A stretch of DNA of 64,000 bases from Bryobacterales bacterium (lineage in GTDB: Bacteria > Acidobacteriota > Terriglobia > Bryobacterales > UBA6623), in contig CBDEGI010000004.1 of assembly GCA_965237575.1 (NCBI GenBank), forward strand, positions 3,669,963 through 3,733,962. The letters run 5' to 3'. Each line of letters opens with the position of its first letter. Position 1 is the first letter of the stretch. A model generated the notes under the pieces. That model worked only from the letters and a program-made list of their open reading frames with translations. It made no database searches and was not told the DNA's origin. The translations under genes and the position numbers were made by a program. Of the stretch, positions 52,742-62,749 are shown one piece after another.

Positions 52742-55045
52742 CTACTCGATGGCGATCGTTACGACGTTAGAGGCTACTCCGCCGATCGTCAGAATCATCG
52801 GTACCGCGTCGCCGCTCGGTACCCCTTCCGGGATTCGGACGTTGATCTGATAGAGTCCTACCAAGCCCGGCGACAGTCCCGAGAAGCGCACCTGCCCTTC
52901 CACGCCGCCGATGGTGACCGTCGGCGGCGTGGTCGTCATCGGCGCCGGTATGCCGGCCTCCTCGCCGCTTGGCGGCGGGTCGGTTACGGGTCCGAGGCCG
53001 ATGCACCAGATGGTTAGAAACTCGCCCCGGCGAATCGGGCGGGTGAAAGCGCCCGGTATCGAGCCGGCCGGCGCCGGAATGATGCCTCCGGTGTTGGCGA
53101 TGGAAACAGCGGCCTGGCCCGCGCCTGAAAAGTCGACTGTAAACAACCCCGGCGCGTAGGTTGCGAGCGGCACCGTGATGGGGTCGCTGACGGCCGGCCC
53201 CACCTGAACCGTGAGCACTGCTTCGTCCAAGCCCGCCAGCTCCCACGGAACCTGCCCGTTGAACTGGCCGGCAGACCCATAAACCAAGGGGACACGCACC
53301 TCGCCATCAGCCCCAAAGCCGCGGGGCGGGGTGAGCGCCGCTGTGTCTGCCGGCCGGAATACAAGCACGGCCCCTCCAAGGGCGGTAGGTAGCGGCTTGG
53401 CCGTCGTGATCTCCGCCCAGCCCGCCATGTCGGCTCCAAAGACCGAGAAGATCGACCCGGGCGTTACCGCACCGCCCAGCTCAAACGTGGCCGCGCTCAC
53501 GGCGCCTCCCTCGTAGATCATCGGGGCCAGCGCGGGAGCCTCCTCGATCACAAACTCGACAGCGTCCGACAAACCGCCCCGCGGCGGAGGCGTGAAGGCG
53601 GCGATCTCGACGGTGCGGGCCACGGCCAGATCGGCTGCCGGGACGGTGACTTGCAGCCGCGTGTTATCGACCACCCTGGTGGGGCGCGACTCGCCGTCCC
53701 ACCGCAGCTCGGTGGTGGCAAGAAAACCGGACCCGACGACCGTGAGGTCGAAGTCATCGCCGCCGCCAATCTGCTTGAAGGGGGTAAGCCGAGTGACGAC
53801 GGGCAGCGGGCGATCCGCCCTGATTCGGAAAACTGTCTTTGAGCGAAGGTCCGCGATGTAAAGCCGACCCTGCTCGTCCTCGCCGAAGGTGCTGATGGAG
53901 AAACCGGTTTCGCGCGGTCCAACAAGGGACCACTGGGTCTCCGGAGCGGGGCCTTTTGGCCTGAGCGCTTTCTGGTCCCGAACAGCGGCCCAGACCTCAC
54001 CCGAACAAAAGTCGCCATAGAAATAGACCCCATCAAGCTCGGGGAATTCCCCACCACGATACACGTAGCCGGCCGTGACCGACCCGCCGCAGTTACCTTC
54101 ACGATGAGCGTACTCGATGATCGGAAGGGTAAGCGACCCGTCGTTGCATGTCTCCGCCGGCACGTCGTCGGGGAGAATGTCCCCAGTTTCGGGATCAAAG
54201 CAGGCGTTGCCTTCCATCAGGCGCCAGCCGTAGTTCTCTCCGCCCCCGCTCTCGGCCGACTGGAAGTCAATCTCCTCCCGGGCGGCCTGCCCCACATCGC
54301 CAATGAACATGTCGCCTGTTTCCCGGTCGAAACTGAAGCGCCAAGGGTTGCGCAAGCCGTAGACCCAGATCTCACCGAGGGCCGAGTCGATCTCGGCGAA
54401 CGGATTGTCGGACGGAATCGAGTAAGGCGGCTCGCCGTCCACGTCGATCCGCAGAATCTTGCCGCGCAGCGTCAACAGGTCTTGCGCTCTGTTCTCGGGG
54501 TCCGCCGTCGGGCCACCGTCGCCGGTGGCAATGTGGAGGTAGCCATCGGGGCCGAACTTGAGTTGCCCGCCGTTGTGGATGGGGAACTCCTGCTCGATCT
54601 TCAGAACCAATTCTTCCGAGGTTGCGTCGGCCACGTTTGGATCGGGCGAGACCCGGAAGCGGGAGACAATCGTGTCGTCATCAAGGTCGGTGTAGTTGAC
54701 ATAGAACTGCCCGTTGACGGTGAACTCCGGGTGGAATGCAATATCGAGAAGCCCCTGCTCGCCGCAACAGCTCACCTGGTCGGAGATATCGAGGAATGGC
54801 TCTTCGAGAACCCGTTCGCCGTCATGCACCACGATCCGGCCCGCCTGCAGCACGATGAACAGCCGGCCCGAGCCGTCGCCGGCGTGGGCGATGGAGATCG
54901 GCCGTTCCAGCCCTATCGCGACGGGTTCGAAGACGAGGTCATCGAGTGAGAACTGGGCAGTGAGCGGCCCGGCTGCTATGAGCGTGCAGAACAGGATTAA
55001 GGTCAAGGAACGCGGACGTACCGTGAGCTGGAGAGGAGGTTGCAT
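52742..55045 (-). CDS. Secreted PQQ-dependent sugar dehydrogenase (GSDH beta-propeller) with C-terminal Ig-like and TIGR03437-like domains
   Basis: LERPISIAHAGDGSGRLFIVLQAGRI...CCGEQGLLDIAFHP...HNGGQLKFGPDGYLHIATGDGG. The C-terminus is TIGGVEGQVRFSGLSPGLVGLYQINVRIPEGVPSG. Confidence 0.8.
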   Translation of the reverse strand: MQPPLQLTVRPRSLTLILFCTLIAAGPLTAQFSLDDLVFEPVAIGLERPISIAHAGDGSGRLFIVLQAGRIVVHDGERVLEEPFLDISDQVSCCGEQGLLDIAFHPEFTVNGQFYVNYTDLDDDTIVSRFRVSPDPNVADATSEELVLKIEQEFPIHNGGQLKFGPDGYLHIATGDGGPTADPENRAQDLLTLRGKILRIDVDGEPPYSIPSDNPFAEIDSALGEIWVYGLRNPWRFSFDRETGDMFIGDVGQAAREEIDFQSAESGGGENYGWRLMEGNACFDPETGDILPDDVPAETCNDGSLTLPIIEYAHREGNCGGSVTAGYVYRGGEFPELDGVYFYGDFCSGEVWAAVRDQKALRPKGPAPETQWSLVGPRETGFSISTFGEDEQGRLYIADLRSKTVFRIRADRPLPVVTRLTPFKQIGGGDDFDLTVVGSGFLATTELRWDGESRPTRVVDNTRLQVTVPAADLAVARTVEIAAFTPPPRGGLSDAVEFVIEEAPALAPMIYEGGAVSAATFELGGAVTPGSIFSVFGADMAGWAEITTAKPLPTALGGAVLVFRPADTAALTPPRGFGADGEVRVPLVYGSAGQFNGQVPWELAGLDEAVLTVQVGPAVSDPITVPLATYAPGLFTVDFSGAGQAAVSIANTGGIIPAPAGSIPGAFTRPIRRGEFLTIWCIGLGPVTDPPPSGEEAGIPAPMTTTPPTVTIGGVEGQVRFSGLSPGLVGLYQINVRIPEGVPSGDAVPMILTIGGVASNVVTIAIE

Positions 55046-55218
55046 AGGAGTGCCTCAATTGTCGTACAACTGTCCGCAACATTTGTAGCCGAATTAGTGA
55101 CGATGTGGGGGGGCTCGCCGCCGAGCTTCCACCGAGACTCTGGGGCTGAGCCGGGTCCGCGGGGCGCAGCCGCCCCCCTCGACCACCCGAACCCCTGTGG
55201 GACAATGGGAATAGATTT

Positions 55219-56970
55219 ATGAGTGAAACGCTAACCCCTGGAGCCCCCCTCGACGAAGCCGAGGTCCCCGAAGAAGTCGCCGCCACTTTCGAGGACGAGG
55301 TTGACTTCTCCGAGCTGCTCGACGAAATCGAACCCGTCGGGCGGAAGCCGCAACGGTCGGGCGAGGGCGGCGTTCTCCACGGCACGGTGGTCAGTGTGCG
55401 CGGCGACGGCTACTTCGTCGATATCGGTCGCAAATCCGAAGCGTTTCTGCCTTCCGACGCCGCCCGCTCGGAGGACGACGATGCCCTGGCTCTAAGCGAT
55501 TCCGTCGATTGCACCATCACAGGACGCTCGCCGGACGGCTACCTGACTCTCTCTCGTATCATTGCCCAGCGGCCCAAGAACTGGACGCAGTTCGAAATGG
55601 CTTTCGAGGACCACACGCCCATCGCGGGAACGGTCAGCGAGGTCATCAAGGGAGGCTTGGCGGTCGGCGTCGGCGTGCGTGCTTTTCTGCCGGCGTCCCG
55701 CAGCGGCGCCCGCGACGCGGAGGCTATGCAGGCATTGGTCGGGCAGGAGATCAGCGCCATGATCCTCCAACTCGATGTGGAGGATGAGAACATCATTCTC
55801 GACCGCCGCGTCCTGCTCGAAGAAGAGAAAGAGCAGAAGCGAAAAGAGGCCATCGGCCGGCTCGAGCCCAGCGTTACCGTACGAGGCGTCGTGCGAACCA
55901 TCCGCGACTTCGGGGCCTTCGTCGACCTCGGGGGGGTGGACGGTTTGCTACACGTCTCCGATCTTGCTTGGAACAGAGTGAAGGACGTCGCCTCGGTTCT
56001 CTCCGAGGGTCAGGAGATCGACGTCCAGGTACTCAAAGTCGAAGAGGACGGCAAGCGCATCTCGGTCGGCCTCAAGCAGCTTACCCCCGACCCTTGGACT
56101 CTGATTGCCGGGAAGCGCAACGTCGGTGATCGAGTGAAGGGGGTTGTGACACGGCTCAAGGACTTCGGCGCGTTTGTCGAGTTGGAGCCGGGTGTCGAAG
56201 GCTTGGTGCATGTCTCCGAGATGTCGTGGGCGCGCCGCGTCAAGCACCCCAGCGACTTGTTGAACGTTGGCGACGCGGTCGAAGTGGTGGTCCTCGAACT
56301 CAAACCCGGCGAGCGCCGGATCGGGCTCGGACTCAAGCAAGCACTGGGCGACCCCTGGGAGAAGGCCGAGAAGGAGTTGACCAAGGGAACCGTCGTGGAA
56401 GGGACGGTCCGCAACCTCACCACGTTCGGCGCCTTCGTCGAGGTTTTGGACGGCATTGAGGGCCTGGTGCACATCTCCGACATCACGGCCGAGAAGCGAC
56501 TCAACCACCCGAAGGAAGTCCTCAAGGCCGGCGAAACAGTCAGGGCCGTGGTGCTGGAGATCGACCGTGAGCAGCGCCGTCTCAAACTGGGCATCAAGCA
56601 ACTCGAGCCCGACGAAACCGACGACTTCCTAACGACCTGTAAGGTCGGCGATACGGTCACCGGCCGCGTGACCTCCGTCAAGGGCGCCACTGTTCAGGTG
56701 GACTTGGGCGGGGTCAAAGCGGTCTGCCACATCGAGGAAGCTCCGGCTCCGGAAGCCCCGCCGGAAGCCGCTGATCCGGCGGCCTCGACACCGAAGGCTG
56801 ACGTTTCGTCTCTGGGCGAGATGCTGCAAACCGCTTGGAAAAGCGGTTCCGGTTCGACCGGCGACGCGACGACAGCCCCGCCCACCAAGCTCTCCCGTGG
56901 CGAAGTGCATTCGTTCCGCGTTACACAGCTCGACGCCGAACAACGCACCATCCAGCTTGTGCTTGCTTGA
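55219..56970 (+). CDS. rpsA: 30S ribosomal protein S1
   Basis: Six S1 repeats, for example GTVSEVIKGGLAVGVGVRAFLPAS, VRGVVRTIRDFGAFVDLGGVDGLLHVSD and VKGVVTRLKDFGAFVELEPGVEGLVHVSE. Confidence 0.9.
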   Translation: MSETLTPGAPLDEAEVPEEVAATFEDEVDFSELLDEIEPVGRKPQRSGEGGVLHGTVVSVRGDGYFVDIGRKSEAFLPSDAARSEDDDALALSDSVDCTITGRSPDGYLTLSRIIAQRPKNWTQFEMAFEDHTPIAGTVSEVIKGGLAVGVGVRAFLPASRSGARDAEAMQALVGQEISAMILQLDVEDENIILDRRVLLEEEKEQKRKEAIGRLEPSVTVRGVVRTIRDFGAFVDLGGVDGLLHVSDLAWNRVKDVASVLSEGQEIDVQVLKVEEDGKRISVGLKQLTPDPWTLIAGKRNVGDRVKGVVTRLKDFGAFVELEPGVEGLVHVSEMSWARRVKHPSDLLNVGDAVEVVVLELKPGERRIGLGLKQALGDPWEKAEKELTKGTVVEGTVRNLTTFGAFVEVLDGIEGLVHISDITAEKRLNHPKEVLKAGETVRAVVLEIDREQRRLKLGIKQLEPDETDDFLTTCKVGDTVTGRVTSVKGATVQVDLGGVKAVCHIEEAPAPEAPPEAADPAASTPKADVSSLGEMLQTAWKSGSGSTGDATTAPPTKLSRGEVHSFRVTQLDAEQRTIQLVLA

Positions 56971-57004
56971 AGACGGGGCTTGAAGACCGGGCTTGAAGCA
57001 ACGC

Positions 57005-57703
57005 TCACTCGAAGTTCTTGCGAAACGCTTCGAACTCCCGCCGCAATGCCTGTAGCTCCGCCTTCACGGCTTGCAGTTCGCTCTCGATCTCCTCAACCCG
57101 GCCGGTTGACCCTGCCGCCGCCACGTTTTGGGGTTCAGCCGGCGACGCAGGAGCCGACACCGCCGTGGCCGGCGGTTCGCCCGAGAGCAGGTGGGCGTAG
57201 CGCGTCTCCTTGGTTCCCGGCGTACGCGGGAGCGGTGCGACGAGCCGGCGCGGCTCGTTTCGATCGAGGAAGTCGAGCGCCTCCTGCACTTCCGCCAGCG
57301 ACTCAAACGCGTAGATCCTCTCACTGCGTTGGCGGATCTCGCCAGGCGTTTGCGGCCCCCGCAGCATCAGCACGCACAAGACGGCCCCTTCGCGCCGGTT
57401 GAGTTGAAAGCCTTCGAGGAACTGGTGGCGGTGGCGTGGCACGCGTCCGTCGGAACTGCGGATGAGGGAAGCCAGGTCCTTCCCGCGCAACCGCTCGAGC
57501 GCCTGGGAAACCGTGTCTTCGGTGTAGGAGACCACGGGGTCGCGGCTCGATTTCTGGTTACAGGCACTCGTGAGGGAGTTGAGCGTGAGCGGATAGTAGT
57601 CCGGCGTGGTCGATTCCTTCTCCACAAGGCAGGCGAGAACGCGCGTCTCGACCTCGTCGAGCGTCACATCGTCCAGGGCCGCGCGCGCTTCGGTCTCGGA
57701 CAT
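57005..57703 (-). CDS. yceH: YceH family protein (DUF480)
   Basis: ORF 57005..57739. From the ATG at 57703: MSETEARAALDDVTLDEVETRVLACLVEKESTTPDYYPLTLNSLTSACNQKSSRDPV. Confidence 0.8.
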   Translation of the reverse strand: MSETEARAALDDVTLDEVETRVLACLVEKESTTPDYYPLTLNSLTSACNQKSSRDPVVSYTEDTVSQALERLRGKDLASLIRSSDGRVPRHRHQFLEGFQLNRREGAVLCVLMLRGPQTPGEIRQRSERIYAFESLAEVQEALDFLDRNEPRRLVAPLPRTPGTKETRYAHLLSGEPPATAVSAPASPAEPQNVAAAGSTGRVEEIESELQAVKAELQALRREFEAFRKNFE

Positions 57704-57873
57704 GGTGGGAATGGCGGGACGGACGGTTCGGTACTGCATGGCGACAGGTTGACGGTTCCCCCGTATTGAAGCATATGCTGTCGAGACTTAGCCGCCGTGC
57801 TCACTTGAGTGCTCGGCTGCTTGCACTTGCTTGACTTACCACCGTCGAAAGGCTACTTTGACGGCTCCCCGCA

Positions 57874-59247
57874 ATGCACTGGATCGATTGGACGGTTGTG
57901 GCCGCGTACGTCGGCGTGTTGGTCTTGATCACGGTCAAGGCCCGGCGCACGCGCCTGCTCAAGGATTTCACCGTCGCTTCCCGCGACATGCCGCGCGCGA
58001 TGGTATTCGCCACGCTGAGCGCCACCTATATCGGTCCCGCGTATACGCTGGGCATCGCGGGCAATGCCGCCGAGCACGGGTACGTCTGGTATCTGATTTC
58101 GGTGATGGTGCCGCTGCAAACGGTCTTGGTCGGCAAATGGATCGCCCCGAAGCTGCGAGAGTTCTCCGGCTGCCACAGCGTCGGCCACGTGATGGGCGAG
58201 ATCTATGGCCCGGCGGCGCGATGGGCCACCGGCGGGCTGTCGTTCCTGTTCAACGCCTTCGTAGTGGGGCTGATCGCGCGGGCCTTTGGCGAGGTCGTCG
58301 CTACGTTCACTGGGATCCCGGCCGAGACGGTGATCATTGTCGGGACGCTCCCGGTCATCTTCTACGCGGCCTGGGGCGGCGTGAAGACCGTCATGCTGAC
58401 CGACGCTATCCAGTTCGCGGTGCTGGCGGTGACGATTCCCTGCGTGATTTTCTTTTCCGGCTACCTGTTCGACTTCGGCGCTCTGGCCGCCGCCATTCCC
58501 GAGTTTCACCTCACCTGGCACGGTGGCTACGCGCCCGGCGAGTTGATCGGGCTGATGATCGCCTTCTTCTTCGGTGAGATTCTGCTGCCGCCTTATTGCG
58601 TGCGCGCGCTAGCGGCCAAAGACCCCGAGCAGGCGGGAAGCGGCTTCACGACCGCCGGGCTGTTTGGGTTCCCGTGGATGTTCGTCGTCGTCACGATCGG
58701 TGTGATCGGGGCGGCGTCGATGCCGGGCGCGAGCGGCGACACGGTGTTCCTGAAAACGATGGAGATGTATTTGCCCGTCGGCGTCCTGGGTCTGGTGCTG
58801 GCCGGCATCTTCGGCATCATCATGAGTTCGCAGGATAGCTGCCTGCACAGCGCCTCGGTGGCCTTCTCGATCGACCTCTATCAGATGGCGCGCCCCGACG
58901 CGACCGACGCAACTCTCCTCAGATATAGCCAATACGCCGTGGGGGTGATCGGAGCCATCGCCGTGACGTTTGCCCTGCTTGTACCGGGCCTGGTGCAGGC
59001 GTTGTTGATCGTCTATACGATGTGGGCGCCGACGGTCGTTGCGCCGTTGGTGATTGGGTTGCTGTGGCCCAAGGTCCCGAAGGCGAGCGGCATCGCGGCG
59101 ATGGCGGCCGGAGCGATTGCGGCAGCTATCTGGGAATGGGGCTTGGCTGTTCCCTACGGCGTGCCGTCGTTAGTCGCGGGCCTCGTGGCGAACCAAGTGG
59201 CATTCTGGACGGTGGTCCATCGTAGCCGGCGAAGGGAGGCTCGCTAG
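57874..59247 (+). CDS. Sodium:solute symporter family transporter
   Basis: 457 aa with about 12-13 TM helices. The N-terminus WIDWTVVAAYVGVLVLITVKARR...DFTVASRDMP is typical of the SSF family. Confidence 0.8.
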   Translation: MHWIDWTVVAAYVGVLVLITVKARRTRLLKDFTVASRDMPRAMVFATLSATYIGPAYTLGIAGNAAEHGYVWYLISVMVPLQTVLVGKWIAPKLREFSGCHSVGHVMGEIYGPAARWATGGLSFLFNAFVVGLIARAFGEVVATFTGIPAETVIIVGTLPVIFYAAWGGVKTVMLTDAIQFAVLAVTIPCVIFFSGYLFDFGALAAAIPEFHLTWHGGYAPGELIGLMIAFFFGEILLPPYCVRALAAKDPEQAGSGFTTAGLFGFPWMFVVVTIGVIGAASMPGASGDTVFLKTMEMYLPVGVLGLVLAGIFGIIMSSQDSCLHSASVAFSIDLYQMARPDATDATLLRYSQYAVGVIGAIAVTFALLVPGLVQALLIVYTMWAPTVVAPLVIGLLWPKVPKASGIAAMAAGAIAAAIWEWGLAVPYGVPSLVAGLVANQVAFWTVVHRSRRREAR

Positions 59248-59379
59248 TGGTAGTACTGATCGTGGTCTCGTGTGCGATTTGTGTCGCGGCGGGCTTGTAC
59301 GTGGCGGTGATGATCGTGCGTGAGTTTCCGAAGCTGCGAAACCGGCTTTGAAGGGTGTTCTGCGGCGGCTCGAGCAGGC

Positions 59380-59399
59380 GGGCACGGCATGCCGTGCCC
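59380..59399. terminator. Palindromic hairpin GGGCACGG-CATG-CCGTGCCC between convergent genes (possible bidirectional terminator; also a dispersed repeat)
   Basis: Perfect 8-bp stem. Only a weak T-tract (ctacaTTTc) follows. A related hairpin is at 51284-51303. Confidence 0.3.
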
Positions 59400-59446
59400 C
59401 TACATTTCGGGCAGCGCCGTCCTCGATTTCGCCACGCGCTGCTAAG

Positions 59447-60421
59447 CTAGCCGGCCACCGTCAAGTAGTGCAAGCTGAACAGCCGGTCCGGGTCCGTCCA
59501 AACCTCTACAGGCTCGAAACCCGCCCGCGCCGCCAGGCCGTGAAACTCTTCAATGCTGAACTTGTACGAGTTTTCGGTATGAATCGTCTCTCCTTCGCGG
59601 AAACGGATGCTGGAACCGTTCAAGCCGACGGTCTGGTCTTTGAGGCTCACCAGGTGCATCTCGACTCGGCCGCGGCCGGCATCGTAGAAGGCCTGATGTC
59701 GGAACGCTGAGACATCAAAATCCGCCTCCAGCTCACGATTCATTCGGGTCAGCAGATTCAAGTTGAACTCCGCCGTGACACCCCGCGCGTCGTTGTAGGC
59801 AGCGTCGAGCCGCGCCGGGTCCTTCTTTAGATCGACGCCAATCAGCAGCGATCCACCCGCGCCGACGAGCGCCGCTGTGTTTCGCAGGAACTCCAACGCC
59901 TGCTCGGGACTGAAGTTGCCGATCGTCGACCCGGGGAAGAACACCGCGCTTTGGTCCACCGCGTACCTGCGGGGCTTGGGGAGCGGGAACGGTTTCGAAT
60001 AGTCAGCGCAGACCGCGATCACCTCCAACTCCGGATAAGCCGCGGCCAACTCGGAAGCGGAATCCATCAGGTGCTGCTTGGAAATGTCGATCGCCACATA
60101 CGACAAGCGCCCCTGCATCGCATCGAGCAGGATGCGCACCTTCCGGCTGTTGCCGCTTCCGTACTCGATCAGCCGGCTGCGGGGACCCAACCGAGCGGCG
60201 ATGTCGGGCGCCCGTTGCGTGAGAATCTCGGTCTCCGTTCGCGTCGGGTAGTACTCTTCCAGGTTGCAGATCTCTTCAAACAGCTCCGAGCCGCGTTTGT
60301 CATAGAAGAACTTCGGAGGGATCTGCTTGGGCTCCCGGCTCAGGCCCGCGCAGACTTCTTGGCGGAAGTCGCCTAACTCGGGATGGAAATCGTGGAACTC
60401 GACACCGACCGTGATTTCCAT
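59447..60421 (-). CDS. egtD: L-histidine N-alpha-methyltransferase
   Basis: Tail of ORF 59447..60820 from the ATG at 60421: MEITVGVEFHDFHPELGDFRQEVCAGLSREPKQIPPKFFYDKRGSELFEEICNLEEYYPTRTE...IEYGSGNSRK. Confidence 0.85.
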   Translation of the reverse strand: MEITVGVEFHDFHPELGDFRQEVCAGLSREPKQIPPKFFYDKRGSELFEEICNLEEYYPTRTETEILTQRAPDIAARLGPRSRLIEYGSGNSRKVRILLDAMQGRLSYVAIDISKQHLMDSASELAAAYPELEVIAVCADYSKPFPLPKPRRYAVDQSAVFFPGSTIGNFSPEQALEFLRNTAALVGAGGSLLIGVDLKKDPARLDAAYNDARGVTAEFNLNLLTRMNRELEADFDVSAFRHQAFYDAGRGRVEMHLVSLKDQTVGLNGSSIRFREGETIHTENSYKFSIEEFHGLAARAGFEPVEVWTDPDRLFSLHYLTVAG

Positions 60422-60443
60422 CTTGTGGGGTGTTTGTAAGCTG

Positions 60444-61745
60444 TCAGTCGGATGCCAAGCGGATGCCCGTGAACTGCCACCGGGCCGGGGGTGGAAAGAA
60501 ATTGCGATAAGTGGGCCGAATGTGCCGTTGCGACGTGGCGCATGACCCGCCGCGCAGCACGTACTGGTTGCACATGAACTTGCCGTTATACTCGCCGACG
60601 GCCCCCGGTGCGGGCCGAAAGCCCGGGTAGGCCACATAGGGGCTCTGCGTCCATTCCCACACGTCACCGTACAGTTGATCGACGCTCGCGCCGCCGGCCG
60701 CAGCCACGGGATGAAGCGCCCCTGTCTCAAACAGATTGCCTTCGATCGGCTCAGCGAAGGCCGCCGCTTCCCATTCGGCCTCGGTCGGCAACCGCTTCTC
60801 GCGCCACCGGGCATAGGCATCGGCCTCGAAGTAGCTCACGTGACAGACCGGCTCAGCCTCGCCAACCTCACGGAAGCCGGAGAGCGTCATCATCCACCAT
60901 CGCCCGTCCACCTTCTCCCAGTAGAGCGGGGCTCGCCAGCCTTGCTCCTGCACCGTGGCCCAGCCTTCCGAGAGCCAGTACTGCGGCTGTTCATAGCCGC
61001 CTGACTCTATGAATTCCAAGTACTCGCCGTTGGTCACTAACCGCGAGCCAAGCCGGTATGGCTCCAGGTAGACGCTGTGCCGCGGGCCCTCGTTGTCGTA
61101 ACTGAATCCAGTGCCGTCGAAACCGATCTCCACCAGCCCACCCGAGTAGGGAACCCAGTTCATGGGAGGCGCGCTTTTCGGGGCCTCTTGGTCGCGGCTT
61201 TGGTACGCCAGCCGCAGCGGATTCGTCGCCAGGATGTGCTTGAGGTCGGTCAGCAACAGCTCTTGGTGTTGTTCTTCGTGATGCAGCCCCAGTTCGAGCA
61301 GCGGAGCGATGCGCTCCCAGTTGCCGTCATCCGCCGAGAGCACGAGCTCCTTCATCGCATGATCGACATGCGCGCGATAGGCGTAGACTTCCGCCACCGT
61401 CGGGCGTGACACGAGACCTCGCTGCGGACGCGGGTGCCGCTGCCCTACCGCTTCGTAGTAGGAGTTGAATAAATACCCGTATTGCGGATGGAACTCGTGG
61501 TAGGCGGGCAAGAACTCGCGCAGCAGAAACGTCTCAAAGAACCAGCTTGTGTGAGCCAAGTTCCATTTGGGCGGGCTCACGTCGTCCATCGTTTGGACGA
61601 CGTAGTCCTCCGTCTCGAGCGGAGAACAAATTGCCTCCGACGTTCGGCGAATTCGAGCGAAAAGCGCAGCCGCGTCTTCGCGCTGGAGCCACGGCTCATG
61701 CCGCAACTCGGTCAGTGTGGAAGGGTTGGAAGCCGGGGATGCCAT
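60444..61745 (-). CDS. egtB: Ergothioneine biosynthesis sulfoxide synthase EgtB (DinB_2 plus FGE-sulfatase domains)
   Basis: PPKWNLAHTSWFFETFLL...HHEEQHQELLLTDLKH...GDVWEWTQSPYVAYPGF...LRGGSCATS. Confidence 0.85.
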   Translation of the reverse strand: MASPASNPSTLTELRHEPWLQREDAAALFARIRRTSEAICSPLETEDYVVQTMDDVSPPKWNLAHTSWFFETFLLREFLPAYHEFHPQYGYLFNSYYEAVGQRHPRPQRGLVSRPTVAEVYAYRAHVDHAMKELVLSADDGNWERIAPLLELGLHHEEQHQELLLTDLKHILATNPLRLAYQSRDQEAPKSAPPMNWVPYSGGLVEIGFDGTGFSYDNEGPRHSVYLEPYRLGSRLVTNGEYLEFIESGGYEQPQYWLSEGWATVQEQGWRAPLYWEKVDGRWWMMTLSGFREVGEAEPVCHVSYFEADAYARWREKRLPTEAEWEAAAFAEPIEGNLFETGALHPVAAAGGASVDQLYGDVWEWTQSPYVAYPGFRPAPGAVGEYNGKFMCNQYVLRGGSCATSQRHIRPTYRNFFPPPARWQFTGIRLASD

Positions 61746-61824
61746 GGGGCAGCGGGGGAAACCGGCGAGGCTTTTTCATCTTAGCGAACGCGTCGCGCCC
61801 GCCGCAGATCAAGGTGCTAGAGGG

Positions 61825-62748
61825 CTAGAAGGTCCTCGTCCCGAGGACTCTCGTCCTGACGTGGTAAACCGAGGTGCGCGCGGTGAGATAGAGGCCGCCG
61901 CGGCCCCAGCAGCAGTTCGACGGCCGCTCGGGCGTAACGATCGTGCCCAAGTGCTTGCCGGCCGGGCTGAAGACCCACAAGCCACCCGGACCGGTCGAGT
62001 ACACGTTGCCCAGCTCATCGGTCTTGAGGCCGTCCGGCCCGCCGGGCTCATCGGACTCGAACTCCGCAAAGATGCGCCCCGTCCCCAGTGTTCCGTCATC
62101 GTTGATCGGCTGCACGCGGAGGTTCTTGCGGCCCGCGTCGGCGATGTAGAGCAGGTTCTGCTTCGGACCCAGCGCAACACCATTGGAGCGCTCGCATTCC
62201 TTGGACACTGTCTCGAGCTTGCTTGCTCCCGGGAGCTGCGTGCCGGGGATCTGGGTGCGTGTGATGCGATAGACGGCCGGGACGTTGGTGCGTTCGTTGG
62301 CGTCGGGGACGTTGCGCCGCGGCATGTCGCTGAAGTAGATCGAGCCGTCGATGTTGTAGACCAGGTCGTTGGGCGAACTCAGGCGCTTGTCACCGTAACG
62401 CTCGGCGAGGACAGTGATCGATCCGTTTTTCTCGGTGCGGGTGACGCGGCCCGGGCCGGTCTCGCACGCCAGCAGCCGTCCCTGATGATCAAACGTCAGT
62501 CCGTTGGCGCGATTGGACTTCTCGCGGAAGACCGTGAGCGTGCCGCCCTCGGGTTCGTTCTCCCAGCCCGGGACCGTCCACTTGTGGATCTTCTCGCTTC
62601 GCAAGTCGCTGAACAGCAGAAAGCCGATCCGGCTGTAGACCGGGCCTTCGGTGAAGCCGAACCCTCCCGCGATCTTGACGATCCGGGCGCGGCGATCGAC
62701 GAGATCGAACAGGTCCGTATCGTTGGCGTAGATTCCAGGCGCTCTCAT
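61825..62748 (-). CDS. SMP-30/gluconolactonase/LRE-family protein
   Basis: ORF 61825..62808. The ATG at 62748 lies 1 nt after the upstream stop. GFGFTEGPVY...ANGLTFDHQGRLLACE...PNDLVYNIDGSIYFSD...PDGLKTDELGNVY. Confidence 0.8.
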   Translation of the reverse strand: MRAPGIYANDTDLFDLVDRRARIVKIAGGFGFTEGPVYSRIGFLLFSDLRSEKIHKWTVPGWENEPEGGTLTVFREKSNRANGLTFDHQGRLLACETGPGRVTRTEKNGSITVLAERYGDKRLSSPNDLVYNIDGSIYFSDMPRRNVPDANERTNVPAVYRITRTQIPGTQLPGASKLETVSKECERSNGVALGPKQNLLYIADAGRKNLRVQPINDDGTLGTGRIFAEFESDEPGGPDGLKTDELGNVYSTGPGGLWVFSPAGKHLGTIVTPERPSNCCWGRGGLYLTARTSVYHVRTRVLGTRTF

Positions 62749-62749
62749 G

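Noticed and set aside
54104-54949. 281-aa plus-strand ORF
   Set aside because: It lies antisense to the GSDH gene.
59447-60820. Full 457-aa ORF as egtD
   Set aside because: The N-terminal 133 or so aa overlap egtB in another frame and look non-coding. EgtD-like sequence begins at the ATG at 60421.
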